64,000 bases of DNA from an uncultured bacterium (GTDB taxonomy: Bacteria > Muiribacteriota > Ozemobacteria > Ozemobacterales > Ozemobacteraceae): the NCBI GenBank assembly GCA_964596185.1, contig CAZQUE010000003.1, forward strand, positions 65,213 through 129,212, in the 5' to 3' direction. The notes below the pieces were generated by a model. The model was given only the letters and a program-made list of their open reading frames with translations, did not search any database and was not told the origin of the DNA. Shown one piece after another: positions 57,386 through 64,000 of this stretch (position 1 is its first letter; every line of letters starts with the position of its first letter). A program made the translations under genes and the position numbers.

Positions 57386-57497
57386 TTTCAGACCTCCGTG
57401 TGGTTGTTCTTAATACATATCGGAGGAATGTCGAACAAAGTTTAGTCAAAAATAAACAAAAATAAAAAAAATTAAACAAAGACAAACAAAGGCAAAC

Positions 57498-58586
57498 TTA
57501 AAAAGACGAAACGATGGTGCCACCGGCGACAAGATGGTCACCCTGATAAAAAACCGCCGATTGGCCGGGTGAGATCGCGTAAACAGGCTCCTGGAGTTTA
57601 ACTTTCCATGATTGAGCATCGGCAGAGATAAGTCGGCAATTGACCGGTGCGGTTTTGTAACGTATTTGTACCTGAAATTGGCTTCCAGTCTGCGGTGTTT
57701 CAATCAAAGAATTCATTTTCTGCACGATAAATTTGTTACCCATCAAGGATTCACGTGATCCGACATGAACTTCGCGGGTTGCGGCATCGATGCGGCAAAC
57801 GTAGAGTTTTACGCCATGTCCGCCACCAACTCCCTTGCGCTGGCCAACGGTGAAATTCATATAGCCATCATGCCTGGCAAGGGTTCGGCCATTGGGCCCG
57901 ATGATCAGGCCGGGTTGAAATCCGGGGTGGTCTGCGGGCAGTTGTTGGCGAAGAAAATTCATGTAATCGCCGTCGGGCACAAAGCAAATTTCCTGTGACT
58001 CAGGACGCTGAGCGTTGGCAAGCCCATGTTTTTCAGCGATTGCGCGGATTTGTGGCTTGGTAAAACCTCCGATTGGCAACAACAGATGTGGCAAAACTTT
58101 CGCGGGCACTTCCCAGAGGAAATATGACTGATCTTTTTTGGTGTCCAGGCCGCGTTTGAGCAGATAATTCCCGGAGTCGGTTTGCTCTACCGCCGCATAG
58201 TGCCCGGTAGCCAGAAAATCGCAGCCATAGCTTCTGGCTTTTTCGAGCAGGTAAGGAATTTTGACCGTGGCATTGCAGCGCACACAGGGGTTGGGCGTGC
58301 GTCCGTTGGCATATTCATTGACAAAATCATCGATTACTTCTTGTTTAAAAGAGTCGGCGACATCGAGAACAACATGGGGAATCTGCAAATGCGCGGCAAC
58401 GGCACGGGCGGCGTTGACGCCTTCGAGGCCGCAGCAGGCTTTGGGGCCGGTTTCCCCCTGGTAGCAGAAGGTTTTGAGCGTGACGGCCATGACGTCATAG
58501 CCCTGTTGTTGCATCAGAATTGCGGCGACTGAAGAATCGACACCGCCCGAGAGCGCTACGAGAACTTTTTTTGCTGAAAGGTTCAT
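57498..58586 (-). CDS. mnmA: tRNA-specific 2-thiouridylase MnmA
   Basis: PP-loop VLVALSGGVDSSVAA, conserved Cys residues, and an overall MnmA-length protein. Confidence 0.85.
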   Translation of the reverse strand: MNLSAKKVLVALSGGVDSSVAAILMQQQGYDVMAVTLKTFCYQGETGPKACCGLEGVNAARAVAAHLQIPHVVLDVADSFKQEVIDDFVNEYANGRTPNPCVRCNATVKIPYLLEKARSYGCDFLATGHYAAVEQTDSGNYLLKRGLDTKKDQSYFLWEVPAKVLPHLLLPIGGFTKPQIRAIAEKHGLANAQRPESQEICFVPDGDYMNFLRQQLPADHPGFQPGLIIGPNGRTLARHDGYMNFTVGQRKGVGGGHGVKLYVCRIDAATREVHVGSRESLMGNKFIVQKMNSLIETPQTGSQFQVQIRYKTAPVNCRLISADAQSWKVKLQEPVYAISPGQSAVFYQGDHLVAGGTIVSSF

Positions 58587-58604
58587 GATTGATTTTTATG
58601 TAAC

Positions 58605-59510
58605 TTAATGAAGAATTTGTTTGCGTGAAAAGATTGCCAGAGCAAGAACATAGAAAAAGGCTGCCCAGGCGAAAGAAGAGCCGAGCGAAGCCATGACTTC
58701 ACCATCGAACAGGCTGATTTTACCTTCAAGAATTTTCTCTATGCGCGAAATGGCAAAAAGATCAGAAAGATGACGGGAAAAAACCCACTGCGCCGCATCG
58801 ATATACCAGGCATCGAGTTTGCCCAGAAGGTTGGTGGCGATCAGATAAAATGTATGCAGGCCCATCAGCACACTGAGACTGGTAAAAGACATCAGTATCG
58901 CTGATTCGAAGAACAGTGAGAACAAAATGAAAAAGCCGATCAGCATCAAATTGCCGGCAAAAGTCATGAAAAGCAGTTGCAAGGCGGCCATTGTTCCAAC
59001 CAGATTGGCGGGTTTGTCGAGGTTTATCCCATCCGGCACCAGGCCGGTATTGTTCAAACCGCTGTTCTGGGTCATGGCACGGGCGACGAGCAGGTCGGCC
59101 TGCAGGAAAATGCCGCCGATAGTTACTGCCAGTAACAGAAAGAGCATGACTGCCAGGGTTTTCGCGGTGATAACCTGCCAGCGTTGAATCGGCGTGATCA
59201 GCAGCATTTTCATGTAACCGCGGCTGAATTCAGTTGAAAAACTGTCGCCGACGACCAGTGCCAGGAAAAATGGCGCGATGTAGGAAAACAGCTTGATGTG
59301 AGCGGTAAATAGTCCTTGTACTACTTCGTATAGCATTGAAAATTGCAGCTCACCAAAGCCGAAACTTTTTACTTTAACGTAGGCGACGATCAGCGCAATG
59401 CTGGCTACAAGAGGAACCACATTAAGGGCTATCAGAAACAGCAGTGCCTTTTTACGATTGAGAATTTTTTTCAGTTCAAACATTAATAAAACAAGCATTC
59501 GCCGAATCAT
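58605..59510 (-). CDS. ABC-2 type transporter permease
   Basis: 6-TM hydrophobic protein, translationally coupled to the upstream ABC ATPase gene. Confidence 0.55.
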   Translation of the reverse strand: MIRRMLVLLMFELKKILNRKKALLFLIALNVVPLVASIALIVAYVKVKSFGFGELQFSMLYEVVQGLFTAHIKLFSYIAPFFLALVVGDSFSTEFSRGYMKMLLITPIQRWQVITAKTLAVMLFLLLAVTIGGIFLQADLLVARAMTQNSGLNNTGLVPDGINLDKPANLVGTMAALQLLFMTFAGNLMLIGFFILFSLFFESAILMSFTSLSVLMGLHTFYLIATNLLGKLDAWYIDAAQWVFSRHLSDLFAISRIEKILEGKISLFDGEVMASLGSSFAWAAFFYVLALAIFSRKQILH

Positions 59511-60463
59511 GACAGGCCTCCGTTACCATTTTCACTGGTAAGTTTGATAAAGGTTTCTTCAAGCGATGCCTCTTTTGGAATCAGTGCGCTTACCCTGACA
59601 TCACCTTTAACCAGTGCCTGGTTGATTTTTTCCGACATGTTCGCCCCCATGGTGAGGGTAAAACCACGCGGCCCTTCGCTCCATTGCAGGCCTTCAGCGG
59701 CAAAAGTTTTGAAAATCTCGGTAGCTGCGGCAAAGCACTCATCGGGCATTCGAACCTCCCAGTTCTCCTGGTGTCCTGACAGGATTTCACCGACATAACC
59801 CTCTTTTACGGTTTTGCCGTGATCGATGATGACCACATAATCGCAAAGCCTTTGCACTTCGTCGAGCAGATGGCTTGAAAGAAAAATTGTCGTTTTTTCT
59901 TCAGAGTGGATTCTTTGCAGTATATCGCGCATCTGCACTCTGCCGGCTGGATCCATTCCGCTGGTCGGTTCGTCGAGAATCAGCATGCGGGGTTTGTGCA
60001 AAATACCAAAAGCAACACCCAGGCGCTGTTTCATCCCTGAAGAAAATGTGCCGAAACGCTGATCGGCGGCATCTTTTAACCCGACCAGGCTGATTGATTC
60101 AAGAATTCTTTCGCGACTGACCGGTTTATATAAAGAGCCGAACCAGTGCAGATTGTCGAAGGCAGTCATCGTTTCGATAAAAGTCGGGTTTTCGACGACC
60201 GCGCCGATTTGCTCGATGGCCTGGGTCCGTCCGCCCGGAAGGGTTTCGCCGAGCATTGAAATTTCCCCGCTTGGCAGGGGAATCAGGCCCATAAGAATTC
60301 TCAGAGTCGTTGTTTTGCCGGCACCATTTGGGCCGAGAAATCCTGAAATACTGTTCATTGGAACATTGAAGTTCAGATTCTGCAAAACCGCTTTTCGTCC
60401 AAAATTCTTGTTTAGATTGGCAACTTTAATAGCAGGGTTTTCCATGGTTTCAAGCCTTTTCAT
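59507..60463 (-). CDS. ABC transporter ATP-binding protein
   Basis: Walker A GPNGAGKTT, signature FSSGMKQRL, Walker B LILDEPTSGMD. Confidence 0.85.
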   Translation of the reverse strand: MKRLETMENPAIKVANLNKNFGRKAVLQNLNFNVPMNSISGFLGPNGAGKTTTLRILMGLIPLPSGEISMLGETLPGGRTQAIEQIGAVVENPTFIETMTAFDNLHWFGSLYKPVSRERILESISLVGLKDAADQRFGTFSSGMKQRLGVAFGILHKPRMLILDEPTSGMDPAGRVQMRDILQRIHSEEKTTIFLSSHLLDEVQRLCDYVVIIDHGKTVKEGYVGEILSGHQENWEVRMPDECFAAATEIFKTFAAEGLQWSEGPRGFTLTMGANMSEKINQALVKGDVRVSALIPKEASLEETFIKLTSENGNGGLS

Positions 60464-61616
60464 AAAGCTCGTGATAGAGTTCTTTTCCCAGAACTTTCAA
60501 TATCACGGTGACCGGAACCGCCAGCAGCATTCCTGGTATTCCGGCCAGACTGGCGGCTATTGCCAGAGAAAGCATGACCACCAGAGGGTGCAGCCCGGCC
60601 TTTTCACCCACGACATTCGGTTGGAGATACCAGCCGTCAATGGACTGAACGATGACGATGGCTATGGTGGTTTTGATCAATACTCCCACCAGGGTTGACG
60701 AAAACCCGTACTGGGCGATGGCGATGAAGAATGCCAATATGACGGTAAAAAGACCGCCCAGGTAAGGAATGAAGTTCGCTACTCCTGATAATGGCCCGAG
60801 AAAAAGGAAAAAGCTTATTCCTGATATCCATAAGCCGATGGTCATCAGCAATGCAAAAATAGAATTCGCAAGAAGCTGGCCGCGCAAAAGAGAATTGAGT
60901 TGCGCGTCTATTTTTGCAAAAATATCGAGGGTTCTCGTGCGAAAATCAGGTGGAATCAGCATTTGAAAACTTTTGTAGATTTCGTCCATGTCCAAAAGAA
61001 TGTAAAAGACGAGAATTGGAATCAGCACCATGTTAACCATTCCAGAAAAGGCGGTGAGTATAAACCCAAGCAGCCTTTTGAAGCCGGCAACTATGCCGTC
61101 TTTAACGACAACAACCCCATTGGCTGCCAGTTCTCTTATTTTGTCTCCATTGACAAATTCTTTTAAATTTTCATTTAAATATGGAATGCTTTTGGTCTTG
61201 TCGTAAAAACTCGCTCCAGCTTCCTTGAAATTGTCAGCCAGCCGGTTTACGTCGAGATTGGTCAGTTTGGTCAGCATGTCACTGGCTTCTGAAAACATCG
61301 ATATCGTAAACGGAACGACAAAAAGTGTAAAAACAACTATACCTATGGAAAATATGGTCAGCACCGCCCATGGCCGAGGAAATTTTCTGGCGACCAGAAT
61401 CTTGACCAGAGGGTTCAATACATAGGCAAGAACCAGAGAAATCAAAAATGGCGCGATAACATTTGAAAGATAATAACAGATTGCGAACAGACATGCGAAC
61501 CCAACTGTTATCAGAAGATTTTTCATCTTAAAAAGCGGGTTTTCTTCTGTTTTCGCAACCTCTGTTTTGGTAATTTCAGGCTTAACCTCTTCTTTCGCCT
61601 TTTTGTCATTTTTCAT
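60450..61616 (-). CDS. AI-2E family transporter (PerM/UPF0118)
   Basis: About 8 TM helices and family-typical length and composition. Confidence 0.65.
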   Translation of the reverse strand: MKNDKKAKEEVKPEITKTEVAKTEENPLFKMKNLLITVGFACLFAICYYLSNVIAPFLISLVLAYVLNPLVKILVARKFPRPWAVLTIFSIGIVVFTLFVVPFTISMFSEASDMLTKLTNLDVNRLADNFKEAGASFYDKTKSIPYLNENLKEFVNGDKIRELAANGVVVVKDGIVAGFKRLLGFILTAFSGMVNMVLIPILVFYILLDMDEIYKSFQMLIPPDFRTRTLDIFAKIDAQLNSLLRGQLLANSIFALLMTIGLWISGISFFLFLGPLSGVANFIPYLGGLFTVILAFFIAIAQYGFSSTLVGVLIKTTIAIVIVQSIDGWYLQPNVVGEKAGLHPLVVMLSLAIAASLAGIPGMLLAVPVTVILKVLGKELYHELYEKA

Positions 61617-61620
61617 CTGT

Positions 61621-62559
61621 TTAAACCACGTTTCTCATGTTGATTTCTGAACCGTACATCTTCAGTATGAGTTCAATTTTTGCTTTGCCCATGCCCATTG
61701 AACGAGCAATCTGTGGCAAACTGACCCCTTCTTCAGCCATTTTTACAACTTCATATACCGGCGAACCCGGCTTAAGCTCGGGGTTGTTGCTTCTTGGTTC
61801 CGGGCCGAGGTCGGTTTTTCGTTTCGGAATGCGAACATTTTCAGTTATGTTCGAAGATTTGAGTTCCTTATTTTGTTCAAATTTTTCCTGAGCAAAGACA
61901 TTTTCTTTGTCAGAGCCTCTGGCAACGAATTTTGTACTGAATCCGGTTTCTTTTGCCACTGGCCTTATTGGCACAATCCGGTCACTGAAAACTTCCGGGG
62001 GGCTTGCCGGTTCAAGCTGTTGCTCGAGAAAGTCGAGTTGCCGGGAAATCTGGCGCGATACTTCTTCTTCAATGGCCTCGCGAATTGCGCCGAAGTCGAT
62101 TTTTGGCTCAGCTGGCGGCTGATTTTCAATGCCGAGCAATCGGTTTGAGAACTGCCTGATTTCATGCTGCAATTCTTCAATAGCTTCATTCATTTCCTGG
62201 CGAAACTTTCTATCGCCAGGCTGATGAACCGATTCAATCGTCGAGTTGTTGAAATTGGCTTTTCGTTTGAGCTCTGCTGCAGTTTCATCGAGTTCTTTGA
62301 GAAAATCATTGACTCGAAGTATCTTTTTGTCGGCGATTGTCAGCAGTTCAGACAACTCTTCACTCTGTTTTTCAATAACCTTCATGTTGTGGCTCGAGGC
62401 GAGCTCCATCTCTTCTATCAGATGGTTGAAAGACATTTCCAGAGCTTTCATTTCTTCGTGCAGCTTCAGATACTTGCGCTTTCCGAAAAAACGTCCAACC
62501 CAATATGCTGCCAATGCCAGAAAAACTGCACATATTGTCAGTTGAATTGCCATCCACAT
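61621..62559 (-). CDS. hypothetical membrane-anchored coiled-coil protein
   Basis: Track ORF extends to 62745 and would overlap the divergent gene. Internal ATG 62559 with GAGGTGA Shine-Dalgarno starts directly at a TM helix (MWMAIQLTICAVFLALAAYWVG). Confidence 0.45.
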   Translation of the reverse strand: MWMAIQLTICAVFLALAAYWVGRFFGKRKYLKLHEEMKALEMSFNHLIEEMELASSHNMKVIEKQSEELSELLTIADKKILRVNDFLKELDETAAELKRKANFNNSTIESVHQPGDRKFRQEMNEAIEELQHEIRQFSNRLLGIENQPPAEPKIDFGAIREAIEEEVSRQISRQLDFLEQQLEPASPPEVFSDRIVPIRPVAKETGFSTKFVARGSDKENVFAQEKFEQNKELKSSNITENVRIPKRKTDLGPEPRSNNPELKPGSPVYEVVKMAEEGVSLPQIARSMGMGKAKIELILKMYGSEINMRNVV

Positions 62560-62632
62560 GCGTAAACGGTCACCTCGACGATGTTGATTTTCTAAAACAG
62601 AAAAGTTGTTTAAGATTCGATAGAATGGTACC

Positions 62633-63634
62633 ATGCCTGCTATGTTAAAATCCAAGAAATTTTGGGGATTTCTTGTAAGTATTTTCTTTCTCTGGCTGGC
62701 CCTGAGAAATTTAGATTTACAAACAATTCCAGCGACCCTGGCCAAAATTGAACCCTTCTGGTTGCTGCTTATCGCTTTTTCCTATACGCTAGAACATCTT
62801 GCACGTGCTTATAGATGGCGAGCCATTCTGCCGGGAAAGCCCCTGAAAATGAAACATGCTTATTTCGGTATCGTGCTTGGCTACCTGTTCAACAATCTTT
62901 TGCCTGCCCGTGCGGGCGAATTCGTGCGTGCTTACTATCTCAAGAAAAAAGATACCGCACCGGCATCAGAAGTATTTGGTTCAGTGGTTTTTGAAAGATT
63001 TCTCGATGGCATCATCATTGTGACGATGATTGTTTTTTCTCTTTATCTGTACCCATCAACGCCTTTGATTCGTCAGGCCAGCATTTCAGCAATCGTTTTT
63101 TACGCTGTAATCCTGTTTGGCATATTGCTGCTGCAGTTTCGCCGCCGACTGTTTGAAAATCTGACCATGCGATTTTTCAATCTTTTTCCGGGAAAAATAG
63201 CCCGGACTCTCAACCATTCCCGCGAGTCTTTTATCAACGGGCTCGGGTTGATTGCGCGACCTCGCCTGTTTTTTCGTGCCGTTGCGCTTTCGGTAATTTC
63301 ATGGGCGTTGTCGATTATCACCGTTTATTTAAGTTTGCTGATGTTCGATCTGAATCTTGGCTTGCCCGATGCCATACTGCTTATTTGCATTCTGTCGATC
63401 GGTGCAATGTTGCCTGCTAGCCCCGGAATGATCGGAATTTACGAATACTGCTGTGTTTTGGCTTTACATGGCATTCTTGGCCAGCCCAAAGATGTGGCAG
63501 CTTTGTTTGGTCTGGTTTCTCATTCCATCGGATATTTTTATGTCCTGGTCGCCGGGTTCGTCATCCTGGCAATCGAAGGTTTGAGTCTGGCTGAACTTCA
63601 GAAGGGCGAGAATCTCAGTGTAGAAAAGACTTGA
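62633..63634 (+). CDS. UPF0104 / lysylphosphatidylglycerol-synthase-like transmembrane domain protein (flippase-like)
   Basis: Signature LLPARAGEFVRAYYL and a multi-TM layout. Confidence 0.6.
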   Translation: MPAMLKSKKFWGFLVSIFFLWLALRNLDLQTIPATLAKIEPFWLLLIAFSYTLEHLARAYRWRAILPGKPLKMKHAYFGIVLGYLFNNLLPARAGEFVRAYYLKKKDTAPASEVFGSVVFERFLDGIIIVTMIVFSLYLYPSTPLIRQASISAIVFYAVILFGILLLQFRRRLFENLTMRFFNLFPGKIARTLNHSRESFINGLGLIARPRLFFRAVALSVISWALSIITVYLSLLMFDLNLGLPDAILLICILSIGAMLPASPGMIGIYEYCCVLALHGILGQPKDVAALFGLVSHSIGYFYVLVAGFVILAIEGLSLAELQKGENLSVEKT

Positions 63635-63698
63635 GCCTTTGCCCTAAAACTTCCAGTGAAATTGCCGATAAATATTATAGCTTCACAGGAGGTCGGGT

Positions 63699-64000
63699 AT
63701 GAAAACCCAGAAAAACAAAGGAAAAAGAAAAAATCAGTTCGGACTGTTCCTGTTTTTTGTCGTCGGGCTGTTCATGTTACAGATTGCCTTCGCCTTTACC
63801 ATTCATGGAGATATTGGCCCGCAGACTGATGTAATTCCCTGCATAGACAAGCCGGCCTCACCATTTCTGGTAGGCAGAATTGACAGCCTGGTCAGCAATT
63901 CGAATTTGCAGGTTGCCAGAAAAGTGGTGCCTGAAGGAGCTTTTGCGCCTGCTTCTCGCGAGATCTTCGAAGAAAAGGTCAGCCTCGCCAGAATCGACAG
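63699..64000 (+). CDS. 3'-partial CDS, hypothetical membrane/secreted protein
   Basis: ACAGGAGG Shine-Dalgarno then ATG. The frame stays open to the window end, with a basic N-terminus followed by a hydrophobic helix. Absent from the track because it is truncated. Confidence 0.55.
   Translation, partial: MKTQKNKGKRKNQFGLFLFFVVGLFMLQIAFAFTIHGDIGPQTDVIPCIDKPASPFLVGRIDSLVSNSNLQVARKVVPEGAFAPASREIFEEKVSLARID

Noticed and set aside
61621-62745. Full-length track ORF that would overlap the divergent gene 62633..63634 by more than 100 bp
   Set aside because: An internal ATG at 62559 with a Shine-Dalgarno starts exactly at a TM helix and removes the overlap. The longer N-terminus is probably not translated.

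Overview
This is a 64 kb bacterial chromosomal window with about 45% GC and dense coding. Features suggest a Gram-negative host: a TolC/RND efflux operon, type IV pilus ATPases and pseudopilins. The lineage cannot be named from sequence alone.

Main contents, in order:
- Cell-wall hydrolase and SH3b genes at the 5' edge, then an operon of a 679-aa protein followed by two pseudopilins.
- A signalling-rich block: a CheR-PAS-histidine kinase-receiver megaprotein, a second PAS hybrid kinase, and two tandem membrane class III nucleotide cyclases whose catalytic residues look complementary (candidate heterodimer). A small secreted cyclase and a cNMP-binding protein lie elsewhere.
- A UPF0237(ACT)/UPF0210 gene pair.
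- A peptidoglycan peptide-recycling cluster: esterase, YkfC-like NlpC/P60 endopeptidase, YkfB-like L-Ala-D/L-Glu epimerase, PGRP-type amidase.
- A pilB-like/pilT pair. The PilB/GspE homolog keeps c-di-GMP-binding MshEN-like motifs but has degenerate Walker A/B motifs. The PilT carries a roughly 130-aa proline-rich N-terminal extension.
- An HU gene, then a tRNA-Leu(CAA).
- A roughly 9.3 kb integrated element from tRNA-Leu to a 23-bp direct repeat of the tRNA 3' end. It has a P4-type tyrosine integrase, a CGNR zinc-finger protein, two AlpA-like HTH proteins, an AEP-type primase/DUF3987-like helicase, an iteron array (TTTCGTG/CACGAAA) that looks like a replication origin, an ERCC4-type nuclease, a small basic protein with a GNxNAxKHGG motif, and an ORF-free possibly structured region. 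It resembles a P4/PICI-like satellite or small integrative element.
- Two tandem paralogous clostripain-like (C11) peptidases.
- A TetR-OMF-MFP-RND efflux operon with a perfect palindromic candidate operator.
- mnmA, an ABC-2 exporter, an AI-2E transporter and a UPF0104 membrane protein.

A 49-codon zinc-ribbon ORF with a perfect Shine-Dalgarno sequence sits just upstream of the tRNA and is missed by the 60-aa ORF cutoff. All functional calls rest on motif recognition by eye; no database search was run.
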